Positions 27,501-40,696 of a DNA stretch of 64,000 nucleotides are shown here, piece by piece. The notes beneath the pieces are model-generated. The model was not told where the DNA came from and searched no databases. It saw only the letters and a list, made by a program, of their open reading frames with translations. The first letter of the stretch is position 1. The number at the start of each line of letters is the position of its first letter. Source of the DNA: Octopus vulgaris (lineage: Eukaryota); assembly GCA_951406725.2 (NCBI GenBank), contig OX597830.1:30504001-30568000 (forward strand). The letters run 5' to 3'. The position numbers and the translations under genes are program-made.

Positions 27501-28638
27501 CATATATATACATATTTATATATATATATGTGTGTGTATGTATGTATGTATATATATATATATATATGTATATAAGGGGAAAGTACAGTTTCACAGAATG
27601 TTCGGCATATGAGAAATGAGAAAGAAAGTGAAAGGGAGTAGGTGAGAGAGGGGTGTGTATGGTATTAAGAGATAGTGTTATGTTATCTTACGTTACTGGT
27701 ATTTATCCCCAGGTCAACCATGTTTGAACGGTCATAAACAAGGATGCTCCAGTTATGACCATCCCGACTTTTAGTGAAGTTTTGTGCTCTGAAACTGCAT
27801 CGTCAAACGTAAGCTGCGTTTCACTTTTTAAGTGATGATGTTTTGATTTGAGGGAGATTAGGCTGTTTTATCTAGCAGCTGTATTGACCATAATGCTGGT
27901 GTAGCATATGAATGGGAGAAAGTGAGGTAGAAAGATTGTTGAAGAGGATGTTTTTGGAAGAGGTAAAAAAAAAAGGTGAATGCAATGAGAAAAGGGAAAC
28001 AGAAAGTGTCATGGCGAATGTATAATTAGAAAGGAACATAGAGAGAGTGAGGGGATAGAATAAGAGGGAGAATGAGAAAGAGTGAGAGAGAGACAGAGAG
28101 ACAGTCGTAGACAAATAATAGAGGGATAGAGAGAGGGGGAGCGGAGAAAGTCTGGAGAGACAGGGGAAGAGCAGAAGAGAAAAGAAAACTAAGCGAGAGA
28201 AAGGGTTAAGATTTGAGGGAGAGAGAGAGAGAGAGAGAGGAGGGAGATAATAAAAAAAAAAAGCTAATGAGATTAATAGTGAGAAAAGAAGGGAGATAAA
28301 AAAGAGAAAGTTGGTCGGGAGTAAAGATAGAGAAAGGGAAGACGAAATAGAGAAGATTGGTGGCCGTGATAAAAAGAGAGAGGGAGAGAGAGAGAGAGAG
28401 AGAGAGAGGATATGAAAGGTATACGAGCAAAAAGTAGACTGACAGACAGGCAGACAGATAGAGGAGATAGAGACAGTGTGAGAGCAACGGTCAAAGAGCT
28501 TGGGGAGGTAGGTAGAGTCAGGTAGTAAGAGTAGAAGGAAGAGATTATGACAGGGAGAGAAATGACGAAGAGAGAATAGGAACAAGAGAGAGTGGGAGAG
28601 AGAGAGAGAGAGAAAGATAGATAGAAAGAAAGAAAGAT

Positions 28639-28669
<31 letters not shown>

Positions 28670-28709
28670 CAGAAAGACAGAAAGAAAGACGGTAATGGAT
28701 AACTATGTA

Positions 28710-28749
<40 letters not shown>

Positions 28750-28812
28750 GGAGAGAGAGAGAAAGATGAGGGAGCTGGATAGATTGAAAAAGAGATGAGA
28801 GATATAGCTGAA

Positions 28813-28852
<40 letters not shown>

Positions 28853-29179
28853 GATACGGTGGGACAGAAGGTCATTGTAATCAGATCAGCAGGAGAGGAA
28901 GGAGAGAGGAAGGAAGAGTAATAAAGAAAGAGAGGGTAGCAGTATAAAAATGAGAGGTAGAAGGAAAAGAGAGCGCGTTATTTTAATGGTAAAAGGGATA
29001 ACGTAAGGGCTCGGTTTGGTAGGTGTAGAGATGGTGGGGGGTTAGGGCTCTGTATCGGTGATGGGGTAAGATTAGGGATGATGATGTTGCTGGGGTGGTT
29101 TTGTTGTTGGTAAAATGATGGTGGCGGGGTGATGGCGCTGTTACATGTGGGGTGGTCGGCAATGGTTGATGACGACGAC

Positions 29180-29249
<70 letters not shown>

Positions 29250-31490
29250 GTGGTGGTGATGAGGATGATGATGATGATGATGATGACGACGACGATGATT
29301 ATGAAGATGGTGATGATGAGAAGAGGGAGGAGGATGAAAAGGAGGTGAGCTATGATGATGGGGATGATGATGGTGATCGTGATGATGACGGCCATGATAA
29401 TGATGATGGTGGGGGGGGATGGCGATGATGATTATGATGGTGGTGGTGGTGGTGGTGATGCTGATAACGATGATGGCGATGATGATGGTGATTGTGGTGG
29501 TGCTGATGATGATGACTTATGATAATGTGTTGTTGATGGCGTTGGTGTTGATGTTGATGGTGGTGGTGGTTGTGGATATGCAGGTGGTAAAGGTGGCGGT
29601 GCAGGCAGTGGTATTGCTGGTGGTGATAGTGGTGGTGGTGATAGTGGTAGTAGTTGTAGTAGTGGTGGTGGTGGTGTTGGTGGTAGTGGTGGTAGTGGTG
29701 GTAGTGGTGGTCGTCGTCGTCGTTGTGGTGGTAGTGGTGGTGGTCATCGTCGTTGTGGTAGTACTGGTGGTGGTGATGGTAGAGCCGTGTTGGCGATGCT
29801 GGTGGTTCCAGTGATGGCAGAGACGATGGTGGTTGATATTTTGCTTGGTGGTGTTGGTTGTGATGGAGGTAGGTCTAGTGGTAGTAGTGGTAGTGGTTCT
29901 GGCAGCATGGGTGGTAGTGCTAGTGGTGGCTGTGATGTAAAGCTAGGGTAGACGTATAGTTGCGATGGTAATGGTGATGAGTTTCGTGTTGGAGGTGATG
30001 CTGACGTTAGTGGTGATGGAAGCGGTGGTGCTGCTGGGGGTGTGGTGGTGGTGGTGCTTGTGGTGGTGGTGATAGTGGTGGTAGTGATGGCTGTGGTCGA
30101 GATAATGTTATTCGCAATGTTGATGTTGTTCTTAGTAGTGGTGGTGGTGGTGGTGGTGGTGGTGGTAGTGGTGGTAGTGGTGGTAGTGTAGTGGTGGTGG
30201 TGGTGGTGGTGGTGGTGGTATTGTTGGTGGTGATTAGTGATGGTGGTGGTGGTGGTGGTGGTGGTGGTGGTGATGGTGGTGATGGTGGTGGTGGCATCGG
30301 CGGCGGTAGTGGAGGTGGTGGTGGTGGTGGTGGTGTTGGTGTTGGATTGGATAATGGTATCGATGGTGGTCATGACAGCGTCGATGGTGGCGATGTAAGG
30401 GTTAGCCAAGTGTTTGGAGGACGGTGGATGTGGTGGTGGTGGTAGTGGTGGTGGTGATGGTGGTGGTCTGCAGTGGTGTGGTGTGGTATGGTGAGGGGTT
30501 ATGGGTAGGGGAGTCTGGGTTATGTTGTTAAAGGAATCGAATGGTTGAACATATGAGGGTCTGACGAGTTGACTGGTTTTTATGAGGAAAAGGAGGAGTA
30601 GTCGGAGAAGGGGTCATGGCGATAGATGTAGGGGGAGAGAAGAAGTGGGGAGAGGAGAAGAGGAGGCATGTGTACAAGGAGAAATATATATCGATGGTGG
30701 GGAGGGGAGAGGCAAGGGGAGGAAAATGTGGAATTGAGTGTATGAGGGCGACGATTGTGGGGATGGTGACGATAAAGCGGTTAGTGATGGTAGTGATGGT
30801 GGTGGTGTTGGTGGTGGTAGTGGTGGTAATAGTGAGTGATGGTTGCGACGGTAGTAGTTCTTGTGGTGATGATGTTGGTGTTGATGTTATTGATGGTGGT
30901 GGTGGTGGTGGTGTCTGAGAATGATGGTAGTGGTGGTAGTGGTGGTGGTGGTGGTGGTGGTGGTGGTGGTGGTGGGTAGTGGTGGTAGTGGTGGTGGTAG
31001 TGGTGGTAGTGGTGGTGGTGGTGGTGGTGGTGGTGGATCTTGTGGTGGTAGTGGTAAGTGATGGTTGCGGCGGTAGTGGTTCTTGTGGTGGTGGTGGTGG
31101 TTGTGGTGCTGTGGTGTTGTTGCTATTAGTGATGGTATTAGTGGTAGTGGTGGTGGTGATGGTATTGTCTGTGAATGATGGTAGTGGTGCCAGAGTTTGC
31201 AGTGGTCGTCGTGATGGTTTTGGCGGTGGTGGTAGTGATAGCTGCGATGGTGGGCGGTTGCTGGTTGTCATGATTGTTGTCGAGATCGTCGTGGTGGTCA
31301 TCGTTGTCTTCAGTAATGGTGAAACGGTGCTAGTGATAATGGTAGAGGTGGCGATGGTGGTCAGGCTGGTTGTGGTAATGAGGATAATGGTGTGAGTAGA
31401 AGTGTTGGTGGTAGTGGTGGTCATGGTGGTCGTGGAACTTGCATAATGGTATAATGGTGCAGGTATTGGATGTGATAGAGGTGGTGGTGG

Positions 31491-31522
<32 letters not shown>

Positions 31523-31640
31523 TGTGATGATAGCAGTGGTAGTAGTTTTTGGTGGCGGTGGCGGTGGTGGTGCCAGTGGTGGTTGTAGTGGTAGTGGTAG
31601 TGGTGGTCGTCGTGGTGGTCGTGCGGTTGGAGAAGATGGT
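24370..31640. repeat. Cryptic simple-sequence domain: degenerate (GGT)n, (GAT)n, (GA)n, (TA)n
   Basis: Directly visible; strong G-over-C excess on + strand. Confidence 0.9.
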
Positions 31641-32306
31641 CTCAGGAATGGACAAAAGTTGGGCCGAGAATTTGAATGCGATACAATGTGTACAATGTAT
31701 GCATATATACATACAGAGAGAGAGAAAGAGAGAGAGAGAGATGTTAGACAAGTCTCTCTCTCTCTCTCTCTGATCCTTACTCTCCAGACCTCGCTCTGCT
31801 TCTTCTCTCTTTCTCTCTTTATCGACACACACTCACACACACACACACACACACATGTATAAACAGAGAATAGATGAGGAGAAAGCTGCATATTATAATC
31901 AAAAAGTTATTGTTATCAAAACTAGTCAGGTCCGAGCTCACTAGTTTTGATTTAAAAATTTGCTTAATGCCAGCAATCGTTTGATGTTATCGTCCGGTTA
32001 TTGTTATCAAAAAGGCTTCACTCTATTGATCGCAATGAGATAAACAAGTTCCTGCGTCTGCCAATATATATACACACACACATACACATACACATATCTA
32101 CATACATATATGTATATATACATAAAGATATTTTCATTATATACGTATATACACTATATATATATACATATACAAACATATATGTGTATTTTCATATATA
32201 CGAATATATATATAAGTGCATGTGTGTATGTATATATATATAACAAAATAATAAACAAAACATATGCATATATACATACATATGTATATATACATGCCTA
32301 TATGGG

Positions 32307-32342
<36 letters not shown>

Positions 32343-33185
32343 GTGTTGTGTGTATGTATGTATCTATATACACGCACATATATTTACATTTATACATACA
32401 TATATATATATATATACTTGGAAATGGATGCGTGGCGTTCAATCAAATAATAATATAAATGGTGTATATATATATGCATATGTATGTATGTATGTATGTA
32501 TGTATGTGTGCGCGAATGTGTGAGTGTGTGTGTTTGTGCGTTTACACATATACACACCACCCTTTCCAGCTATTCTCAAAGATATGAGCACATACATACG
32601 TACCATACTCACATGTTCATTCACAGGCAAACCTGCACACAAGCTTCGCGCGGTTGATGGTGTAAGAAGGGTGTAAGATACGGACCTGGTGCGCCAACAG
32701 CAGCTTCTTGTCCGTATAGACCAACCCCATCCCTAACCCTAAACCTAACTCGAACCCTAACGCTAAACCCGACCAACCCTTGGACCTGCTTCTTGCCCTA
32801 ATGCTAACCCCTTTACCACACATATACGCATCTACGTTCCACCTACCTTCCGATGTACCGACCTCCCTACCTACCCAAATCCTATCTTCATACATACCTT
32901 CTTGCCTATTTACTTACCTACTTACCTACCAACCTACCTACCCAACTGTCTGCTTGCCTGCCTGACTGCATACCTGCCCACCACCCTTCTTCCAAATAGC
33001 CACGCAACCAGCCAGCCAGCCAGCCAACCATCTTGTCGTCTGCCTGACCCAACACCTCGCCTCAAAGATGACGTCAGTAAGGAACTATTTCTTCAACTGC
33101 ATGTATTTTCTTTCTGATTTTAGCATCCATTTTCTCCCGCTTTCCGTCTTTATCTTCATCTACTTTTTACCTATATATCTATCTA

Positions 33186-33291
<106 letters not shown>

Positions 33292-33440
33292 CATCCATCC
33301 ATCCATCCATCCATCCATCCATCCATCCAACCATCCATCCATCCATCTGTCTGTCTGTCTGTCTGTCTTTCTATCTGCCTGATTGTCTGCTTGCCTTTAT
33401 ATCTATCTATATTGTCAACCTTTCAATCACTCTATGTATG

Positions 33441-33491
<51 letters not shown>

Positions 33492-34538
33492 GTATGTATA
33501 CATATATGTACATAGATATATATATATATACATATATATTCATATATATACACACATATATATATATATATATACATTCACGTAGACACACACGCAAACA
33601 CATACAACTATTTATGCATATTTCCATTTGCCCCACCTTTCCATCTGTGTGTGTGAGTGTGTGCCCTCATTTTTGCGTGTCTGTGCTGTATGGATGTGTT
33701 TCTACTTCCATTTTCATCTACGTGAAAATGGCGACGCAAAAAAAGTAACGTAACCATTATCGTTTCTGTTTAACATCAACAATGCTGCCATCAGTTGTGT
33801 TCTTATCTTACTCCTCCGGCATCCCTTCCTCCAACACTACCGCTTTCTCAGTTTCACCTTCATGGACATCTTTGTTGTCATGCGAATCCATCATCATCAT
33901 CATCATCGTCGTCGTCATCATCATCATCATCTTCATCATCGTCGTCATGGTCATTATCATCATCGTCACCATCGTTGTCGGCAGTATAAATATCATCAGC
34001 GTTCGTCATCAATAGTTGCAACAGTAGCTATTGTTTTAATCGTTTTGTTCATAGATTTTTAGTCACTGATACAAGTTCTCTACAGTCTTATAAGGAGAAT
34101 TTCTTCTCTCGAGACAGCTTGTACAGCGTATAGTCTTGTCATGTCCGAATGCACACGAACACATATAAGAAGACTATACATAACTACATTTCATTCAACT
34201 CCATTTAGTAATCTTTTACTGAATTTATTTCAGCGTGGTAAAACATTTTGCACATCAGCAAATGTATAATTTGCTATTCTGATATCAGATTGACCAGTTT
34301 TTACTAGTCATATACGACGGTTCGATATAAATAGCTGATGAGGCGTAACGACACAGAAATGCATGCGTGCTACAGACTGGTAACGTCATCCATAGCGTAG
34401 CGGTGTGTTTCCATCGATTTTGTCTATGAGGAGAATTTCTTCTCTTTTGGTAATTAGTGCAGCGTAGTGTCTTTCCATGCTCTAATGTACACGGAAATGT
34501 TGAATAACGCTCTACATAACAATATACATACATATACA

Positions 34539-35345
34539 GGCGCAGGAGTGGCTGTGTGGTAAGAAGCTGGTGAGCTTGCAGAAACGTTAGCACGCCGGGC
34601 GAAATGCTTAGCGGTATTTCGTCTGCGTTACGTTGTGAGTTCAAATTCCGCCGAGGTCGACTTTGTCTTTCATCCTTTTGGGGTCGATAAATTAAGTACC
34701 AGTTACGCACTGGGGTCGATGTAATCGACTTAATACCTATGTCTGTCCTTGTTTGTCCCCTCTGTGTTTAGCCCCTTGTGGGTAATAAAGAAATAGGTAT
34801 TTCGTCTGCCGCTACGTTCTTAGATCAAATTCCGCCGAGGTCGACTTTGCCTTTCATCCTTTCGGGGTCGATTAAATAAGTACCAGTTACGTACTGGAGT
34901 CGATATAATCGACTTAATCCGTTTGTCTGTCCTTGTTTATCCTCTCTGTGTTTAGCCCCTTGTGGGTAGTAAAGAAATAGGTCAGTGCTAGTGTGTGCGG
35001 GGTGGTGTGATGTGGCGTGGTGTGGTTAGGTGGTGTGTGTTGTGGTGGTGTGTGGTGTGGTGTGGGGTGCGTGGTGTGGTAAGATGTGGTGTATTGTGTG
35101 TTGTATGGTGCTGTGATATACATATATATGTTTGTATTTTTGTTCGTCCTTCACCACCGCTCGACAACCGGTGTTAATGTGCTTACACCTCCGTAACTTA
35201 ACGGTTCGGCAAAAAGAAATCGATGGAATAAGTGCAAGACTTCCAAAATATTTTTTTTAAATGTACTGGGGCCAATTTATTCGACTAAAATTCTCCAAGT
35301 CGGGGCCCCAGCATAGCTGCAGTCTGATGTCTAAAGTAAAAGAAG
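34539..35345 (+). mobile_element. Nested cluster: SINE-A head, SINE-B dimer (34570-34797, 34798-34979), PLE fragment (34980-35115, -), SINE-A 3' half
   Basis: Each part matches other copies in the window. Confidence 0.85.
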
Positions 35346-35351
35346 AAAAGA

Positions 35352-35430
<79 letters not shown>

Positions 35431-36018
35431 AATGTATATACAATCATCCTTGAACTGTTTGAGGAAAAGCTTTGCCTTTCTTGTAAAACAATTTACTGCT
35501 CAAAGATTCTCTGATGTCACTAATAACTGGAATTTGCTGTCTGTCATTGCATGAATGAAAAAGTAGTATAAATTACAAAAGTACAAGACTACAACAGCCC
35601 CGTGTACATAGCAACAAAGAGAATTCACGGGAAGTGGATTTAAACTGCAATTCTACACGAGTTTGGTCTTAAGTATTTGGATGAGAGATTATTCACGAAG
35701 CTCTACAACCAAGCTTCATATATGAAGGAATATATTTCAGCTCTCTTAGAAATACAATGGCCTATATTAGAACGCGTAACTCTTACCACACACAGAACGA
35801 GAAATTTTTCACTCATTTAAAGAATGCATTTGCTGTGAACCAAAAATTTCAACTACAAGGATTCTTGCTGACAGGTATTGAGTTTCTAACTTCTGACCGC
35901 CTAATTAGTGACACAATCTGAGCCCTTTTGAATTTAACGCTATATCAGTTATCAACATTTTTTTATCTGTTGTCATATTTAATGCAACCTGTCAGTTTCT
36001 TAATATTCCAACTCATTC

Positions 36019-36403
36019 GGGAGGCGCAATGACCCAGTGGTTAGGGCAGCGGACTCGCGGTCGTAGGATCGCGGTTTCGATTCCCAGACCGGGCGTTGTG
36101 AGTGTTTATTGAGCGAAAATACCTAAAGCTCCACGAGGCTCCGGCAGGGATGGTGGTGATCCCTGCTGTACTCTTTCACCACAACTTTCTCTTACTCTTA
36201 CTTCCTGTTTCTGTTGTACCTGTATTTCAAAGGGCCGGCCTTGTCACTCTCAGTGTCACGCTGAGTATCCCGGAGAACTACGTTAAGGGTACACGTGTCT
36301 GTGGAGTGCTCAGCCACTTACACGTTAATTTCACGAGCAGGCTGTTCCGTTGATCGGATCAACCGGAACCCTCGTCGTCGTAACCGACGGAGTGCTTCCA
36401 TCC
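36019..36403 (+). mobile_element. Intact SINE-C with TSD
   Basis: tRNA-like head (A-box tgacccagtggttagg, B-box ggtttcgattcc), (tcca)n tail, 13-bp TSD attccaactcatt at 36005-36017 and 36404-36416. Confidence 0.93.
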
Positions 36404-36417
36404 ATTCCAACTCATTA

Positions 36418-37612
36418 GCAATCGACGTATTCGTAATCACTAACAGAATCAAGCAGGGCTGTGTACTCGAACCTACACTGTTCATCACGATGTTCTCGGC
36501 CATGTTGTTGGATGCCTTCCGCAGCATCGACGAATCCAGCGTCAAGAGCGGATCCAGGACTGATGGCAGACTCTTTAACCTGCAGAGACTACAGGCCAAG
36601 ACCAAGCTGAAAGAGGACTCAGTGCACCGTCCCTGCTCACAGACGACTGCGCAGTCAAAGCCACCACAGAAACTCAGAAGCTCAGATGCAGCATAACATG
36701 AACTGCTTTTCCACTACCTGCAACAAGTATGGCCTCACAATCAGTACTCAAACGACAGAGGTCATGCCCCAACCTGCCCCGCACATGCAGTATGTAGAAT
36801 CAACTACCACTGTCGAAGGGGAAACCCTGATGGCTATTAATAAGTTCAGGTACCTCAGCATCAGACTCTCCGGATCTGTGAACATTGGCGGCGAAGTCGA
36901 CATACGCATTGCAAAGGAAAGCTCAGCATTCGGGCGGCTACGTGAATCAGTTTGGGAGATGAGAGGCATTGGGCTGGCCACCAATTTGGAGGTGTACCAA
37001 ACAACTGAAGTGCCTTCATTACTGTGTCTGAGAAATATGAACGGCTTACGAACGCCACGCTAAACGGCTAAACTGTTACTACATGAACTGCCTGAGAAAG
37101 CTGTTGAAAATCACCCGGAAAGACAAAGTCCCAGACACGGAGATCCTCTCTCGAACTGAGCTGTCAAGCAGTTACTCACTGTTCAGGAGAGTATAAGTCA
37201 AGTTGGGTACGTCACCTTGTTCGAAGGCCCAACACGACTCTCCACAAGACTGTTTTACAGAAAACTGGCAGAAAGATAGTGCACTCAAATTGGACAGAAA
37301 GAGCGCTTCACAGATACACTTAGAGCCTCTCTCAAGTGCTTTGCGATACACCCCTGATACCGAGGATATACAAGCATATGACCACCCTGCCTGGTGAAGC
37401 TGCACCAACCGAGGTGCCACCTCCAACGAACAGAATAAGATCAGGTGCACAAAGCAAACGTGAACTAGGTAAGTCCAGAGTCAATCTCTTGGCTTCAGTT
37501 CCAACAGACTAGCAATGCCTGACCTGCAGCAAAGCTTTTCGGACACGCATCGGCTCAATCGGCCACAGTAGGACACACCGTGACCCATCTTCTCTCATTT
37601 AATGTCCTTGGT
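36418..37612 (+). pseudogene. 5'-truncated RTE-BovB clade LINE (RT C-half + terminal C2H2 finger)
   Basis: VITNRIKQGCVLEPTLF..RTDGRLFNLQRLQAKTK..YGLTISTQTTEVM..FRYL..RIAKESSAFGRLRESVW..CLTCSKAFRTRIGSIGHSRTH; multiple frameshifts. Confidence 0.92.
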
Positions 37613-37614
37613 CC

Positions 37615-38219
37615 GCTTTGTGAGTGGATTTGGTAGACAGGAATTGAAAGGAACACGTTGTGTGTGTGTATGTGTGTGTGTGTGTGTTTCCCACCACACA
37701 TCCACTGTAGGTATGTTTACGTCCCCATAACATGGGGGTTCGGCAAGAAAGACCGATAGAGTAAGTATTGTGGCTATGTGATAAGAAGCTTGCGTCCCAA
37801 CCACATGGTTCCGGGTTCAGTACCATTGCGTGGCACCATGGGCAAATGTCTATTACTATAGCCAAGGGTCAACCAAAGCCTGTGAGTGGATTTGGTAGAT
37901 GGAAACTAAAAGAGCACGTTGCATATATGTATGTGTGTGTGTTTGTCTCACCACACATCCACTGTTGGTTTGTTTACGCTCCTGTAACATAGCGGTTCGG
38001 CAAAAGTAAACGATAGAATAAGTACCATGCTTAAAAAATATGTCCTGGAGTCGATTTGTTCGAGTAAAACTCTTCAAGCCAGTGCCCCATCATGGCCGCA
38101 GTCTAATGACTAAAACAAGTGAAAGATATATATATATCTCTTTTGCCGAACCGCTAAGATACGGGGACGTAAACACACCAGCATCGGTTGTCAAGCGATG
38201 TCAGGGGGAAATAAACACA

Positions 38220-38307
<88 letters not shown>

Positions 38308-38443
38308 CATACATACATACGACGGTCTTCTTTCAGTTTCCGCCTACCAAATCCACTCTCAAGGCTTTGGTCGGACCGTGGCTATAGTAGTAGACCCTGG
38401 GCCAAGGTGCCACGCAGTGGGACCGAACCCAGAACCATGTGGT
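37615..38443. mobile_element. SINE-A cluster: 37615-37770(+, partial), 37770-38125(+), 38136-38443(-)
   Basis: Match to SINE-A; last two are tail-to-tail. Confidence 0.87.
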
Positions 38444-39042
38444 TATATTAGTTTATTTTATCCGACTTTACGTCGAGGAAACTGCTGAATAACAGAAAAT
38501 TGGAAGGTAATGAGTATGTATTTTTTCCCATTCGTTAATACTAACGAAAACGAAATATGCATCTATACGGGGACACACAGACACACACACAAACAAACAG
38601 CCGTGTTAGTGTGTGTTTGTGTTTATGTATGACAATCATTTTATTTCCTCAGACACCTTCTTATTACCTTATTGTGACTCTTCGTTCGTTCGCCTGTTTT
38701 CTACCTCCCTGCGCCATGTTTATACCAGTTCCTTCTTCCTTCCTCTACCAAACACTATAAAAACATCTCCAACACCATTAACACTGCACTTTGACCTCTC
38801 ATCTACAGCCGTCTCTAAAACTAATTCTCACATCATCATGTTTTTATTTTCATTTTTATTTTTATTTTTATTTTTGTTTTCACTTTTGTTATTTTTTTGT
38901 TTTGTTTTTTTATTTCTTTCTGTTCGCAATTTTTAAATTGCTCATTTCCATTTATATAGTTTCTCTAACCCATCTCTTATTATCTCTCCCTATATTTGTT
39001 CCTTCCATTCCTCTTCTCCTGCTCTCTCTGTCTCTGTCTCTC

Positions 39043-39081
<39 letters not shown>

Positions 39082-39481
39082 GTCTCTGTCTCTCTCTCTC
39101 TGTCTCTGTCTCTCTCACTCTCTCTCCTTTTATCTTTCCATCTCAGTATGTGTGTTTCTCTTGTATATGTCTCTTTTTTCTCTTACTTCATTGTACCCCT
39201 TTTTGATAATCTCTTCTTCCATTCTCTATCATTTATCTTCCATACTTGCTTTACCTTGCTTTCTCTCTTGGTTTCCATTTTACCATACATTTTGCCCCAC
39301 CACCACCACCACCACCACCACTACGTCTCTTGAACACTTTTGTCTCTAATTTCTCCTCCACCTTTTATTTCTTATGTGCATATGATTTTGTTGTAATTCG
39401 TTAATTGTTTCCTTTAATAAACATATATTCGTAAGCAACTCTCTAATTTGATCTGTTGAGTTTTAACAAATGCTAAACAAA

Positions 39482-40646
39482 TGGCGCAGGAGTGGCTGTG
39501 TGGTAAGTAGCTTGCTTGCAACCACATGGTTCCGGGTTCAGTATCACTCCATGGCACCTTGGGCGAGTGTCTTCTGCTATAGCCCCAAAGACTTGTGAGT
39601 GGATTTGGTAGACGTAAAATTGAAAGAAGCCCGTCGTATATATTTGTCCTTACACAGAGGCCATCCGGATTCCCGTTTGCGCCGTGAACAGGAATTAATC
39701 TTCTCTCTTCGCTCTTATACGCCATTTGGTGTCAACTCTCCCCCCTCCTCATCTAACCCCCTCTTCCCCCTCCTCACCTACCTTTCCCCCCTACCCCTAC
39801 TTCTTCAGTCCTTCATCCTTTCACCCCTACTCCCCTTCCCTTCTTCCCTCTTTCTCCCTCCCTCCTTCCCTCTTTCCCTTCCCTCTGCTCCCTCACTCCC
39901 CTTCTCTCTCCCCCTCTCCCTATTTCCCCCTTCCCTCTGCTCCCTCACTCCCCTTCTCTCTCCCCCTCTCTCCCCTCTCCTCTCCTCCCCTCTTCTCCCC
40001 CTCCCCCTCTTCTCCTCTCTCCACACTACACCACACGACTTTACACATCACATCATATATGATGTGCCATACTAATACATACACCAACTAATACATACTA
40101 ATACGTACTAATACATACTAATACGTACTAATACATACTAATACATACTAATACATACACCAACCCTATACATACACACGTCCAGACCTCTCATACGCAC
40201 CTATACTCTCTCATACACACACACACACACCCTTATACATACTAATACGTACTAATACATACTAATACATACTAATACGTACAACTGATTTACTCTGACC
40301 TCTCATACGCACTAATACTCTCTCATACACACACACACACACACACCCTTATGTTGGAGCTGGTCATTCAACCCTATTATCAACCCTATTATCTCCCCTT
40401 ATTTCACTTTATTTTATTTCTTATGTGCATATGATTTTGTTGTAATTCGTTAATTGTTTCCTTTAATAAACATTTTTCTCTCCTTCTTTCTGTTTTTTTT
40501 CTCTCTGTGTATCTTTCTGTTGAAGAGCGTAGGCTCGAAACGTTAAAGACTTGTTTTATTTATATTTCCTGAGCGCCATACTAATACAATTGTTTGTTTG
40601 TTTTCCACCTGCCTTCGTCTTTTGTCTATTTTCATAAAGCTTCCCG

Positions 40647-40696
<50 letters not shown>

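Noticed and set aside
30528-31832. 434-aa Thr/Pro/His-rich ORF (mucin-like)
   Set aside because: Stop-free only because of degenerate (ACC)n; starts in (GA)/(TG) repeats; no domain or splice evidence.
32617-32895. ORF with coding-like LVYTDKKLLLAHQVRIL and a possible donor site
   Set aside because: No polypyrimidine acceptor; upstream is telomere-like repeat; no recognisable family.
36019-36090. Possible tRNA gene
   Set aside because: Continues into a SINE body with tail and TSD; same for SINE-A, B and D heads.
36019-37612. SINE-C/RTE chimeric retrotranscript
   Set aside because: The TSD brackets the SINE alone, so it is an independent insertion at the LINE's 5' edge.
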